DNA from: an uncultured Eubacteriales bacterium
GTDB lineage: Bacteria > Bacillota > Clostridia > Oscillospirales > CAG-272
Assembly: GCA_900549725.1 (NCBI GenBank)
Contig: URPL01000002.1
Coordinates: 17,077 to 81,076, forward strand
Length of the DNA stretch: 64,000 bases
Direction of reading: 5' to 3'
The position numbers were made by a program, and so were the translations under genes. Positions within the stretch are counted from its first letter, which is position 1. Each line of letters opens with the position of its first letter. Below the pieces are notes generated by a model. The model saw nothing but the letters and a program-made list of their open reading frames with translations, was not told the origin of the DNA and made no database searches. Of this stretch, positions 29,484 through 38,869 are shown piece after piece.

Positions 29484-29500
29484 GTCATAATTGTGACCAT
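29484..29500. repeat. 17-bp near-palindromic motif GTCATAATTGTGACCAT, copy 1
   Basis: It matches 49473-49489 exactly. It lies 123 nt inside the inner boundary of repeat copy 1. Confidence 0.8.
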
Positions 29501-29582
29501 ATGCGGATTCTTTAATAAAACTGAAAAAGAAAAGTGCACATCGGGGACAAAACGGAACCCGATATGCGCTTTTTGAGTTTGC

Positions 29583-29706
29583 GGAAAACGAGTGCAGATA
29601 AAAGGAGCACAGAGATAGAAAGGGGCGGATAAAAAGAGGAAAAAGAGCGCGGGGGAGAAGAGAAAAAGGGGAGAGAAAGTGCATTAAGGAGGGAGCGGGA
29701 AAACGC
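29583..29706. repeat. Polypurine (plus strand) / polypyrimidine low-complexity tract
   Basis: About 120 nt are almost exclusively A/G on the plus strand (for example AAAAGGAGCACAGAGATAGAAAGGGGCGGATAAAAAGAGGAAAAAGAG...GGGGAGAGAAAG). The tract lies immediately 3' of tatD. Confidence 0.7.
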
Positions 29707-29708
29707 GC

Positions 29709-30518
29709 TCAAAGCAAGGAAAAAACGCGCAGGGCGTTTTCGCGGGTCTGGCGGCGGATTTGTTCCGGGTCCGCATTGCGCGCAGCGGCGACGGCAGCCG
29801 CGATATAGCCAAGATAGCCCGAATGATTGCATTTGCCGCGCATGGGAACGGGTGCAAGATAGGGGCAATCCGTTTCGATCAACAGCCGGTCTTCCGGCAC
29901 GGCGCGCACCGCATCGAGAATGCCGCGCGCATTTTTGAAGGTGACGGGACCGGAGAAAGAAATATAGTAGCCAAGATGCAACAGCTCTTTGACGCTTTCT
30001 GCAGAAAAGGCGCAGCTGTGAATCACGCCGCGCACACCCGAAAAGGCGCGCAGCACGGCAAGGGTCGGCTCTGCCGCCTCTCGGCTGTGAATCACAACGG
30101 GAATATTTTTTTGCTTTGCCAGCTCCATTTGCAGCGCAAAAAGGCGATGCTGCTCTTCCCGCGGGGAAAAATCATAGTGAAAATCCAGCCCGATTTCGCC
30201 CAGCGCAACACATTTTTCCTCTGCAAGCAGTGCTTCCAGCTGCGTCATGACGGAATCGATTCCGCTGCGCAGCGCTTGTGCTGCCTCATGCGGATGAATC
30301 CCCGCAGTGAAAACGACGCCGTCAAGTGCATTTGCCAGCGCCCGTGCCGCGCGGGCCGAGGCAAGATCGCTTGCGCTGTTGCACACGCCGCAGACCACCC
30401 CGCGGGAAAACAAATCGCGCAGCACTGCCGCGCCGCCCCCCGGAAAGCTTTCGGCAAAGCGCGAGTCGTCGTAATGCGCATGGGCATCAAAAAAGCCGAT
30501 TTCGGAAAAAGGTTTCAT
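29709..30518 (-). CDS. tatD: TatD-family metal-dependent hydrolase/DNase
   Basis: FFDAHAHYDD and the histidine/aspartate metal ligands spaced as in TatD are present. It follows metG, as in many Firmicutes. Confidence 0.88.
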   Translation of the reverse strand: MKPFSEIGFFDAHAHYDDSRFAESFPGGGAAVLRDLFSRGVVCGVCNSASDLASARAARALANALDGVVFTAGIHPHEAAQALRSGIDSVMTQLEALLAEEKCVALGEIGLDFHYDFSPREEQHRLFALQMELAKQKNIPVVIHSREAAEPTLAVLRAFSGVRGVIHSCAFSAESVKELLHLGYYISFSGPVTFKNARGILDAVRAVPEDRLLIETDCPYLAPVPMRGKCNHSGYLGYIAAAVAAARNADPEQIRRQTRENALRVFSLL

Positions 30519-30550
30519 AGGGCTTATTTCACCTCCTGCCTCAAAAGTTC

Positions 30551-30588
30551 AAAAGAGCTCTCACCGGATGCGGGAGAGCTCCTTTTTT
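30551..30588 (-). terminator. Hairpin with T-runs between metG and tatD (possible partial terminator)
   Basis: GAGCTCTC (30555-30562) pairs with GAGAGCTC (30574-30581). T-rich runs follow the stem on both strands. Confidence 0.4.
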
Positions 30589-30594
30589 GTTCGC

Positions 30595-32547
30595 TCAGCG
30601 GATGCGCGTGCCGAGCGGCATCGCATCGTCCAAAAAGATCACCTGCGGAAGTTCCTCTCCGCCTGCCAAAATCATCCCGTCGCTTTGCACACCGCGCAGC
30701 TTTGCGGGCGCAAGATTGCAAAGAACAATTACCTTTTTCCCCAGCAGCGCCTGCGGCTCATAGGCTTTGGCAATGCCGGAGACGATCTGCCGCGTCTGTG
30801 CGCCAAGATCAACCTCAAGGCACAGCAGCTTATCCGATTTCGGAATACGTTCCGCCTTGATGATCTGCCCGCAGCGCAGTTCAAGCTTTGAAAAATCGTC
30901 AAAGGCGATCTGCGGGAGCTGCTCTGCCGCCGCGGCCTTCTGCTTTTGTGCCCGCGCAGCCTCTTTTGCCGCTTTTTCCACGGCATTTTGCTCCGCTTCC
31001 ATCTCGGCAAGCACCGCCTTTTCGTCAAGACGGGCAAACAAAGCTTCCGCTTTGGCAAGTATTGTGCCGCTTTGCAGCGCAAAGAACTCTGTGCTGTCGT
31101 CTGCGCCGCCGAGCTGCGCGCGGATCTTATCCGCCGTTGTCGGCAAAAACGGGGTCAGAAGCGCAGCCCCGTAGCGAATTGCCTCCAGAAGATAATACAT
31201 CACGGTACCGAGGCGCTCTGTTTTGCTCTCATCCTTGGCAAGCGCCCAGGGCATGGTCTCATCGATATATTTATTGGCTCTGCCAAACAGCGCAAACAGC
31301 GCGTCGACCGCGTCTGCAATGTGATAGGAATCCAGCGCTTCCCAAACGCGCATCTTTGTCTCTTCGCAGAACACCCGCAAAGCGGCATCCGTTTCGGTCT
31401 CTTCTCCGCGTGCGGGGATTTTGCCGCCGAAATATTTTACGGTCATGGCGTGCGAGCGGCTGACCAGATTTCCGAGGTTATTGGCAAGATCGGTATTATA
31501 CCGCGCGATGATGGCGGAGGGGGTGATGGAGCCGTCGGATGCATAGGGCATTTCCGCAAGACAGTAATGCCGCACGGCATCGACGGAAAAACGCGCTGCC
31601 AAATCGTCCGCATAGAGCACATTTCCCTTGGATTTGCTCATTTTATCCGTGCCGAAGAGGAACCAGGGGTGACCGAAGAGCTTTTTCGGCAGCGGCTGGC
31701 CGAGCGCCATAAGGAAGATGGGCCAATAGATGGAATGGAAGCGCATGATATCCTTGCCGATGACATGGCAATCCGCCGGCCAGTATTTTGTATAGGCTGC
31801 ACCGGGGGCGTCAACATCATAGCCGAGCGCCGTTGCATAATTAAACAGCGCGTCGATCCACACATAGATGATGTGATTTTGGTCAAACGGCACGGGAATG
31901 CCCCAGGTAAAGGAGGAACGGGAAACGCAAAGATCCTGCAGCCCCGTTTTAAGGAAGTTATTCACCATCTCCTTGCGGCGGCTCTCCGGCGCGATCCAGT
32001 CGGGGTGTTCCTCAATATAGCGCAGCAGGCGATCCTGATAGGCGCTCATACGGAAGAAATAGGCTTCTTCTTTTGTTTTTTGCAGCGGGGCGCCGCAATC
32101 GGGGCAGCAGCCGCCGTGGTCATGCGCCTGCGTTTCGGTGAAGAAGGATTCGCACGGCACGCAATACCAGCCCTCATAAGCATCCTTATAAATATCGCCC
32201 TGCTCGTAAAGACGGGTGAAAACGCGCTGCACCGCGGCGACATGATCCGCATCCGTTGTGCGGATGAAACGGGTATAGGAGACCCCCATGAGATCCCAAA
32301 TGCGTTTGATCTCGCCCGCAACGCCGTCGACATATTCCTTGGGGCTGACGCCCGCCTCTTCGGCGCAGCGTTCGATTTTTTGGCCGTGCTCGTCCGTGCC
32401 GGTCAAAAAGAAAACGTCATAGCCGCGCTGGCGCTTATACCGCGCGATGGCATCGGTTGCGATGGCTTCATAGGTATTGCCGATGTGCGGCTTGCGGGAG
32501 CTGTATGCGATTGCCGTTGTAATATAAAATGTCTTTTTTTCATCCAT
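30595..32547 (-). CDS. metG: Methionine--tRNA ligase with C-terminal tRNA-binding (Trbp111/EMAP-like) domain
   Basis: The HIGH-type motif KPHIGNTYE, KMSKSKGN, the zinc knuckle CVPCE...CPDCG and the C-terminal LELRCGQIIKAERIPKSDKLL are present. The start is MDEKKTFYITT at 32547. Confidence 0.95.
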   Translation of the reverse strand: MDEKKTFYITTAIAYSSRKPHIGNTYEAIATDAIARYKRQRGYDVFFLTGTDEHGQKIERCAEEAGVSPKEYVDGVAGEIKRIWDLMGVSYTRFIRTTDADHVAAVQRVFTRLYEQGDIYKDAYEGWYCVPCESFFTETQAHDHGGCCPDCGAPLQKTKEEAYFFRMSAYQDRLLRYIEEHPDWIAPESRRKEMVNNFLKTGLQDLCVSRSSFTWGIPVPFDQNHIIYVWIDALFNYATALGYDVDAPGAAYTKYWPADCHVIGKDIMRFHSIYWPIFLMALGQPLPKKLFGHPWFLFGTDKMSKSKGNVLYADDLAARFSVDAVRHYCLAEMPYASDGSITPSAIIARYNTDLANNLGNLVSRSHAMTVKYFGGKIPARGEETETDAALRVFCEETKMRVWEALDSYHIADAVDALFALFGRANKYIDETMPWALAKDESKTERLGTVMYYLLEAIRYGAALLTPFLPTTADKIRAQLGGADDSTEFFALQSGTILAKAEALFARLDEKAVLAEMEAEQNAVEKAAKEAARAQKQKAAAAEQLPQIAFDDFSKLELRCGQIIKAERIPKSDKLLCLEVDLGAQTRQIVSGIAKAYEPQALLGKKVIVLCNLAPAKLRGVQSDGMILAGGEELPQVIFLDDAMPLGTRIR

Positions 32548-33727
32548 GGTCGGCGAGTGTCCTTTCTTCCCTGATTTCTTCCCCGCCGCAGAAGACGCCC
32601 GCAATCACGGGGTCGCCGGCGGCGTTGGTTTCGTTTTCGAGCACCAAAAAATCGGCGCGGCATCCGGCGCGCAGCGCGCCGCAGACGGCATCAAGCCCGA
32701 CGGATTTTGCTGCGTTGATCGTAGCATAGGGCAGCGCCTCTTCCAAAGTAATTTCGCAAAAGCGCATGAAGCGGCACAGCCCCTCAAACAGGGAGATTGT
32801 GCTGCCGGCGATGTGCCCCTCGCGGTTGAGCGCTTTGCCGTCCTTCACGGTCACGCCGATGCCGGCAATGGAATATTCCCCGTCGGCACAGCCCGCCGCG
32901 CTGAGCGAATCCGTGATGAGCACCAGGCGATCCTGCCGTTTTTGCCGTTTTGTCAGGCGGACGACGGCGGGATGCAGATGGAACCCGTCGCAGATGATTT
33001 CACAATAGCCCTCTCCCTCCAGCGCCGCAACGGCGCAGCCGGGGGCGCGGTGATGCATGGGGGGCATGCAGTTATAAAGGTGTGTATATCCCGTGCAGCC
33101 GAGCGCTTCCGCCGCTTTTGCCTGCTCATAGCTCGCGTCGCTGTGCCCGACGGAGCAGGTGCCGCCCATAGCGCAGATCGCGCGGATCATCTCAGCCGCG
33201 CCGTCCAGCTCCGGCGCCAGCGTGAAATGCAGGATACCGCCCTGCGCCGCATCAAAAAATTCCTTTGCCTCTGCGGCACTCGGTGGGGAGAGCAGCTCCG
33301 GCGCATGTGCGCCACGGCGCGCGGGGCTTAAATAGCGTCCTTCGATATGAGCCCCGTCAAAGCCTGCCTGCCGAATGCGGCGCACCGCTTCCAGCATTTG
33401 TGCATAGGGAGCGGAGGCAAGGGTGGGCAAAACGGTCGTTGTGCCGCACAGGGCATAGGCACGGCGCATTTTCTGCAGCTGCGCGGCGGAGGCATCGATA
33501 AAATCATAGCCGATGCGCCCATGCGTGTGCACATCGACAAGCCCGGGAATCACTCTTTTTCCGCCAAGGCTGTGCACCTGTGCGTCCTGTACCGTTTCAT
33601 ATGGCTTCAAAACGGCACGGATTACCCCGTCCTCGCAAAGAAGTGCGCCCGGGAGAAAGGTGCGCGCGGTTATATCATACAGCGCGGCGTCGGTAAATAA
33701 AATGCGCCGCTTTTCGGTTATTTGCAT
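32540..33727 (-). CDS. nagA: N-acetylglucosamine-6-phosphate deacetylase
   Basis: The amidohydrolase motifs GLVDVHTHG, THLYNCM and LITDS are present. The ATG at 33727 is preceded by GGAG. The 3' end overlaps the metG start by 8 nt. Confidence 0.85.
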   Translation of the reverse strand: MQITEKRRILFTDAALYDITARTFLPGALLCEDGVIRAVLKPYETVQDAQVHSLGGKRVIPGLVDVHTHGRIGYDFIDASAAQLQKMRRAYALCGTTTVLPTLASAPYAQMLEAVRRIRQAGFDGAHIEGRYLSPARRGAHAPELLSPPSAAEAKEFFDAAQGGILHFTLAPELDGAAEMIRAICAMGGTCSVGHSDASYEQAKAAEALGCTGYTHLYNCMPPMHHRAPGCAVAALEGEGYCEIICDGFHLHPAVVRLTKRQKRQDRLVLITDSLSAAGCADGEYSIAGIGVTVKDGKALNREGHIAGSTISLFEGLCRFMRFCEITLEEALPYATINAAKSVGLDAVCGALRAGCRADFLVLENETNAAGDPVIAGVFCGGEEIREERTLADHG

Positions 33728-33804
33728 GCGAACTTGCTCCTGTCGGTTGTGTTTTGCGGCGCTTTTTTCCGAAACAGGAGTGCAAAGCGCCGTCTCTACC
33801 CAAT

Positions 33805-33833
33805 AGTATACCATAGTTTCCCCGCAATTTCAA
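33805..33833 (-). promoter_or_regulatory. Sigma-A-type promoter for nagA-metG-tatD
   Basis: The minus strand reads TTGAAA (33833-33828), a 17-nt spacer, then TATACT (33810-33805). Confidence 0.45.
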
Positions 33834-33842
33834 CGCACAACG

Positions 33843-33900
33843 CAAAAAAGTGCGGGAAAGTCCGGGCGCGCTTTTTCAGACGCAGCCGCAGCTTTCCCGC
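33843..33900 (-). terminator. Terminator-like hairpin after proC
   Basis: On the minus strand, GCGGGAAAG...CTTTCCCGC (a 9-bp stem with a long loop) is followed by ACTTTTTTG. Confidence 0.4.
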
Positions 33901-33908
33901 ATGGCGGT

Positions 33909-34709
33909 TTATTTTTTCGCAAGGGATGCCGAGCGGGCACAGGCAGCCGTGACCGCATCGGAAACGGCGCTTTCAAAGCCGCCCGCGCGCAGCGCGGCGA
34001 CGCCCTCGATTGTTGTTCCCGCAGGGGAGCAGACTTTTGTCATAAGCGCGGCGGGATGCTCTCCGGATTGCAGCAAAAGCTCTGCCGAGCCGCGCAGGGT
34101 CGCTGCCGCAAGACGCACCGCCGTTTCATACGGCAGCCCGCAGCGCACGCCGCCCATGGCAAGCGCATCGGCAAAGGCATAGCAATAGGCGGGCCCGCAG
34201 CCGCTGATAGCGCTTGCTGCATCAAATTTTGCTTCTTCCAGGGGGAGCAGCTCCCCCGCCTCGCAAAGCAGCGCACAAAAATCGGAAAGCTGCTGCGCTG
34301 CGGTGTCGACGGCGGTATACAAAATCACCCCCTGCCCGATGGAAACTGGGGTATTCGGCATAATGCGGATGCAGGGGCACTGCGTTTTGAGATGCTGCCG
34401 CAGCCATTCCGTATCGATGCCCGCCGCCATGCTCACAAGTACGGGCGGGGTTTTGCGTGCGGACAGCGACCTTTGCAGGGTATCCAAAAGCGCGGCGAGC
34501 CCCTGCGGCTTTACGCCGAGAAACAGAAAATCGCTTTGTGCCGCCGCTTCTTCGTTTGTGACAACGGTGCCGCCGAGCTGCGCTGCCAGCTCCTGCGCCT
34601 TTTTTGCGGTGCGGTTGGCGAGCAGAAGAGTCGGCTGCAGGGAGGATCTTTGCATGGCGCGCGCCAGGGCGGCGCCCATATTGCCTGTTCCGATAAGACC
34701 GATTTTCAT
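33909..34709 (-). CDS. proC: Pyrroline-5-carboxylate reductase
   Basis: The N-terminus MKIGLIGTGNMG and the C-terminal SPAGTTIEG motif are present. Confidence 0.9.
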   Translation of the reverse strand: MKIGLIGTGNMGAALARAMQRSSLQPTLLLANRTAKKAQELAAQLGGTVVTNEEAAAQSDFLFLGVKPQGLAALLDTLQRSLSARKTPPVLVSMAAGIDTEWLRQHLKTQCPCIRIMPNTPVSIGQGVILYTAVDTAAQQLSDFCALLCEAGELLPLEEAKFDAASAISGCGPAYCYAFADALAMGGVRCGLPYETAVRLAAATLRGSAELLLQSGEHPAALMTKVCSPAGTTIEGVAALRAGGFESAVSDAVTAACARSASLAKK

Positions 34710-34735
34710 AGATGCTTCCTTTCTCGACAGGGCGG

Positions 34736-35980
34736 TCAGGCGCGGATTTGCCCGTTGCCGCGGATGATATATTTATAGCTGACCAGCTCGCAAAGCCCCA
34801 TCGGGCCGCGCGCGTGCAGCTTTTGCGTGGAAATGCCCATTTCGCAGCCAAGACCGAATTCTCCGCCGTCGGTAAAGCGTGTGGAGGCGTTGACATATAC
34901 GGCGGCGCTGTCTACGGCGGCGGTAAAATAGCGCGCCGCGGCTTCGTCCTGCGTTAAAATGGCATCGGAATGGTGTGTGGAGTGTGCCGCAATATGGCGC
35001 ACCGCTTCCCTGACATCTGCGACAATGCCGACCGCCAGCACATAGTCCAAAAATTCCGTATCGAATTCCGGGTCGGCGGCCAGGCCCAAAATGACTGCCG
35101 CCTCGGCATTGCACCGCAGCGTAACGGGGTGCGGCGCCCCTTTGCCGCACAGGCGGGCGGAGAGCTTTGGCAAAAATTCCTTTGCGATTGCACGGTGCAC
35201 AAGAACGACTTCTGCCGCATTGCACACGGAGGGGCGGCTGACCTTGGCATTTTCGATAACGGAAAGCGCTTTTTCCGTATCGGCGCTCTTATCCACAAAA
35301 ATATGGCAGATGCCCGTGCCCGTTTCGATGCAGGGCACGCAGGCATTGCGCACGCATGCCTCGATCAGCCCCTTTCCGCCGCGCGGAATCAAAAGATCTA
35401 CAAGGCCGCGCGCCTGCATCAGCTCATTGGCGCTTTGCCGCGTGGTATCCTCCACCAAAAGAATCATATTCTCGGGCAGCCCCGCCTCTTTGACGGCGCG
35501 GCGCATGGAGCGGGTGATTGCCGCAGCGCTTTTGTGCGCCTCTTTCCCGCAGCGCAGCACACAGGCGCTGCCTGCCTTGAGCGTCAGCGCGGCTGCATCG
35601 GAGGTGACATTGGGTCTGCTTTCGTAAATAATTGCCACAACGCCGAGCGGCACGCTCACTTTTTCAATGACGATTCCGCTTTTTGCGGTATGAGTGGAGA
35701 GCGTTTTTCCGACAGGATCGGGCAATGCCGCAACCTCCTCCACGCCCTTTGCCATACCGTCAATGCGCACCTTGGTCAGCGCGAGGCGGTCCAGCATCAC
35801 GGGGCTGATCTTTCCCTGCGCCGCAAGCATATCTTCTTCGTTTGCCGCAAGAATTTCGGCGGTATCGGCGCGCAGGGCGTCGGCAATGCCCAAAAGCGCC
35901 CGGTTTTTTTGTTCGGTTGTGAAAAAAACGGCGTCCGCCGCCGCGGCTTTTGCCGCGCAGAGCAGCTCGTGCGTTGTCAT
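34736..35980 (-). CDS. proA: Glutamate-5-semialdehyde dehydrogenase (gamma-glutamyl phosphate reductase)
   Basis: An aldehyde-dehydrogenase-like fold with SRPSVCNAAEVVLVH and STRFTDGGEFG is present. The ATG at 35980 overlaps the proB stop (ATGA). Confidence 0.93.
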   Translation of the reverse strand: MTTHELLCAAKAAAADAVFFTTEQKNRALLGIADALRADTAEILAANEEDMLAAQGKISPVMLDRLALTKVRIDGMAKGVEEVAALPDPVGKTLSTHTAKSGIVIEKVSVPLGVVAIIYESRPNVTSDAAALTLKAGSACVLRCGKEAHKSAAAITRSMRRAVKEAGLPENMILLVEDTTRQSANELMQARGLVDLLIPRGGKGLIEACVRNACVPCIETGTGICHIFVDKSADTEKALSVIENAKVSRPSVCNAAEVVLVHRAIAKEFLPKLSARLCGKGAPHPVTLRCNAEAAVILGLAADPEFDTEFLDYVLAVGIVADVREAVRHIAAHSTHHSDAILTQDEAAARYFTAAVDSAAVYVNASTRFTDGGEFGLGCEMGISTQKLHARGPMGLCELVSYKYIIRGNGQIRA

Positions 35981-36756
35981 ACGCTTTTTCTCTCTTTCGC
36001 TAAAAACTTTGTGCCGATGGGTTTGCCGTCCATCCAATCGTATAGAATGCTCGGGTGCGACCCGTTTGCGATGATCATGGAAACGCCTGCCTCCGTTGCA
36101 ATTTTGGCGGCGCTGAGCTTTGTCTGCATGCCGCCGGTACCGAAGGCGCTGCATGCGCCGCATGCAGCCCGCTCCATTTCGGGAGTAATCTTTTTGACAA
36201 GAGGGATCAATGTTGCGTCGGGGTCCCGATGCGGATCGGCGGTATAGAGCCCGTCGATATCGGAGAGCAACACCAAAAGATCCGCCCCGATGTTTTTTGC
36301 AACGATTGCGCCGAGGGTGTCGTTGTCTCCGATACCCATCTCCGCAGTCGCAACGGTATCGTTTTCGTTGATGATGGGCAGGGTTCCGAGCTCTAAAAGG
36401 CGAAAAAGCGTGTTATGGAAGTTTCCGGCGAGGGAGGGGCTTGCAATGTCCTCCGCCGTGATCAGGATCTGCGCCACAACATGATGATATTGCGAAAACA
36501 GCTTGTCGTAAATATACATCAGCTCGCATTGACCCACCGCGGCAGCCGCCTGCTTTGTCGGAATATCCGTCGGGCGATGCGCAAGAGAAAGTTTGCCCAC
36601 CCCCATGGCGATGGCGCCCGAGGAGACAAGAACGATTTCATGCCCTGCATTTTTCAGATCACTGCAAACGCGGCAGAGTTCTTCCACGCGGCGAATATTG
36701 AGATTCCCCGTGGAATGGGTCAGGGTTGAGGTGCCGAGCTTTATGACAATGCGCAT
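35977..36756 (-). CDS. proB: Glutamate 5-kinase (short form, no PUA domain)
   Basis: MRIVIKLGTSTL...VLVSSGAIAMG...NDTVA...GTGGM are present, and the length is 259 aa. Confidence 0.93.
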   Translation of the reverse strand: MRIVIKLGTSTLTHSTGNLNIRRVEELCRVCSDLKNAGHEIVLVSSGAIAMGVGKLSLAHRPTDIPTKQAAAAVGQCELMYIYDKLFSQYHHVVAQILITAEDIASPSLAGNFHNTLFRLLELGTLPIINENDTVATAEMGIGDNDTLGAIVAKNIGADLLVLLSDIDGLYTADPHRDPDATLIPLVKKITPEMERAACGACSAFGTGGMQTKLSAAKIATEAGVSMIIANGSHPSILYDWMDGKPIGTKFLAKERKSV

Positions 36757-36802
36757 ACCGATGCTTCCTTTACTTTATTACTTTATCATGATAATATAAC
36801 CT

Positions 36803-36831
36803 ATCATACCACGCCGTCGCATAAAATGCAA
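36803..36831 (-). promoter_or_regulatory. Sigma-A-type promoter for proBA(C)
   Basis: The minus strand reads TTGCAT (36831-36826), a 17-nt spacer, then TATGAT (36808-36803). The leader is only about 45 nt, so there is no room for a T-box. Confidence 0.45.
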
Positions 36832-36926
36832 GAGAAAAATCCCTCGCTTTTTGCTGACCCGCGAACTTTCGGGGTTAGTTGCCTTTTTTTGCTTGCGAAA
36901 AAGCGGGCGATGCCGGAGGCATGTTT

Positions 36927-37865
36927 TTAAAATTGCTTGCAGGGTTTAAGCGCAGGGGCTTCCGGGTCTTCATTTGTACCGACAACCGCCTGTCCCAACG
37001 CAAAAAAGGAGCCGGAGGCATCGCACAGGCGCACATAGGCGCCATTTGGAAGTGCAAGCCCGAGCTTTTTCAGGCTTACCGCAAGTCCCGCGCGGCACAG
37101 ACGCTCAAAAAAGGCTGGCAGACGCACGGCGGGATATTGCAAAAACAGATGTTCCGTCGGCAAAAGGAGCGCGCAGCGCTGCGCGGGGCTCATTGCCTCC
37201 AAGGCTTCAAAGCAGATGCTTTCCCGCTCGGAAAACGGCCCGCTTTGCGTGCGCCGCAGCGCCGCCATCACGCCGCCGCAGCCGAGCGCATTTCCGATAT
37301 CCTCGCACAGCGTTCGGATATAGGTGCCCTTGGAGCAATGCACGCGCAGGGAAAAATCCGTTTGGCTGAGCTGTGTTGCCGAGATGGAATAAATTGTGAT
37401 GGGACGGGGGGTGCGCTCCGCGGTAATGCCCTGTCGCGCCAGATCGCACAGCTTTTTGCCGCCGACCTTGAGCGCCGAATACATCGGCGGGCACTGCATG
37501 GATTGCCCCGCAAAGCTCTGAGCGGCGGCATAAATCGCTTCGGGCGGCGCAATTCGGTCAAAGCGCTTTGTCACCGTGCCGCTGATATCCTGCGTATCGG
37601 TGCAAAAGCCCAGGCGCAAAACCGCCTCATAGCACTTATCCTTTTCCGTCAGATATTCCGCGGCTTTTGCCGCTTTTCCGACCAGAATCGGTAAAACGCC
37701 CTCCGCCATTGGATCGAGTGTGCCCGCATGGCCGACTTTTTTTGTGCCGTACAGGCGCCGCACCCGCGCAACGCAGTCAAACGAGGTGCAGCCCTGCGGC
37801 TTATATAAATTGAGCACGCCGCAGGGCTCTGTGCCCGCGGCGGCTTTTGCAAGCGTATCGTTCAT
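36927..37865 (-). CDS. truB: tRNA pseudouridine(55) synthase
   Basis: GVLNLYKPQGCTSFD and HAGTLDPMAEGVLPI (catalytic Asp) are present. The ATG at 37865 overlaps the nrnA stop (ATGA). Confidence 0.93.
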   Translation of the reverse strand: MNDTLAKAAAGTEPCGVLNLYKPQGCTSFDCVARVRRLYGTKKVGHAGTLDPMAEGVLPILVGKAAKAAEYLTEKDKCYEAVLRLGFCTDTQDISGTVTKRFDRIAPPEAIYAAAQSFAGQSMQCPPMYSALKVGGKKLCDLARQGITAERTPRPITIYSISATQLSQTDFSLRVHCSKGTYIRTLCEDIGNALGCGGVMAALRRTQSGPFSERESICFEALEAMSPAQRCALLLPTEHLFLQYPAVRLPAFFERLCRAGLAVSLKKLGLALPNGAYVRLCDASGSFFALGQAVVGTNEDPEAPALKPCKQF

Positions 37866-38869
37866 ACGGGCGCCTCTTTCCCAAGCTGCGCCGCCACGGT
37901 GCGCAAAACGGCTTGCTCCGCCAGCTGCGGCGTCTTTGCAAAAACGGTGCAGCCGGCAGCCTTTTCGTGCCCGCCGCCACCGAGCGCTTTGCACACATCG
38001 CAGACATTGGCATCGCCCTTTGCGCGCATGGAAACCTTATATTCCGTATCGCCGCGGTTTTTCAGATGAATTGCAATGCGGATGCCACGAATGGAGCGGA
38101 TGAGGTTGACAACATCGTCAATATCTTCTTCGCACAGTCCGTTTTCCGCCATCAGCGCCTCCGAAAAAGTGACAATGCCGACCGTGTTGTCGAAGAAAAG
38201 ATGCAGATTTTCAAGCGCAACGCGCTGCGCTGTGAGCTGCGAGAGCGGTCGCTCTTCATAAAGCGCGCAGTTGATGGCGGCGGCATCGATTCCGCAGGAT
38301 AAAAGAGCCCCGGCAAGAAAATGGGTGCGCGCCGTGGTGTTGGAATAGCGAAAAGCGCCCGTATCGGTGTTGATGCCGGTATACAGTGCCCGCGCGATCG
38401 GCGCGGTCAGCTCGCCGCAGCACAAAACAAGATCCGCAATGATCTCCGCGCAGGCGGCGGCGCCGGCATCGCAAAAGCACTGCTGCGCAAACGGGGTGGA
38501 AACGCGGTGATGGTCAACGGAAAGCGCAACGCCGTGTTCGCTCAGAAACGGCGCGGCGTCCCCGGTCATGCCAAGGCTTGCAACATCGACCGTGAGCACT
38601 GTTTTCCCCTGCAGAAGCGCCGCTGCCCGCGCTGCGGAAAACACCGTAATGCCGGCGCTTTCCCATAGAAACGCATAGCGCGCCGGCGGGGTGTCCGGGC
38701 AGATAAATTCGCAGCGCTTTCCGACAGCGCGCAAAAAGTCGCGCAGGGCAATGCCGCTGCCCAGGGCATCGCCGTCGGCATGGGCATGGCAGAAAATCAC
38801 ATAATCGTCCCCTGTGCGCAGCGCTGTCCAAAGCGCAGGGGTAAATTCAAACAGAGAAGGTTTCATCAT
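37862..38869 (-). CDS. nrnA: DHH/DHHA1 phosphoesterase, NrnA-like oligoribonuclease/pAp phosphatase
   Basis: HAHADGDALGSG, the DHH motif (SVDHHRV) and DHHA1 GGGHEKAAG are present. The start MMKPSLFEF follows GGAGGA. It occupies the conserved rbfA-nrnA-truB position. Confidence 0.85.
   Translation of the reverse strand: MMKPSLFEFTPALWTALRTGDDYVIFCHAHADGDALGSGIALRDFLRAVGKRCEFICPDTPPARYAFLWESAGITVFSAARAAALLQGKTVLTVDVASLGMTGDAAPFLSEHGVALSVDHHRVSTPFAQQCFCDAGAAACAEIIADLVLCCGELTAPIARALYTGINTDTGAFRYSNTTARTHFLAGALLSCGIDAAAINCALYEERPLSQLTAQRVALENLHLFFDNTVGIVTFSEALMAENGLCEEDIDDVVNLIRSIRGIRIAIHLKNRGDTEYKVSMRAKGDANVCDVCKALGGGGHEKAAGCTVFAKTPQLAEQAVLRTVAAQLGKEAPV

Noticed and set aside
29154-29684. A 176-aa minus-strand ORF and neighbouring ORFs (29339-29539, 29512-29868) in the rex-tatD intergenic region.
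   Set aside because: They run through the repeat element and the polypyrimidine tract, giving Ser/Pro/Leu/Phe low-complexity translations. They have no RBS and overlap each other. They are not credible genes.
36757-36926. A T-box or other leader riboswitch upstream of proBA, and similarly upstream of nagA-metG at 33728-33842.
   Set aside because: The distance from the predicted promoters to the start codons is only about 45-75 nt. No specifier-loop/T-box (AGGGUGGNACCGCG-like) sequence and no terminator/antiterminator pair is visible.
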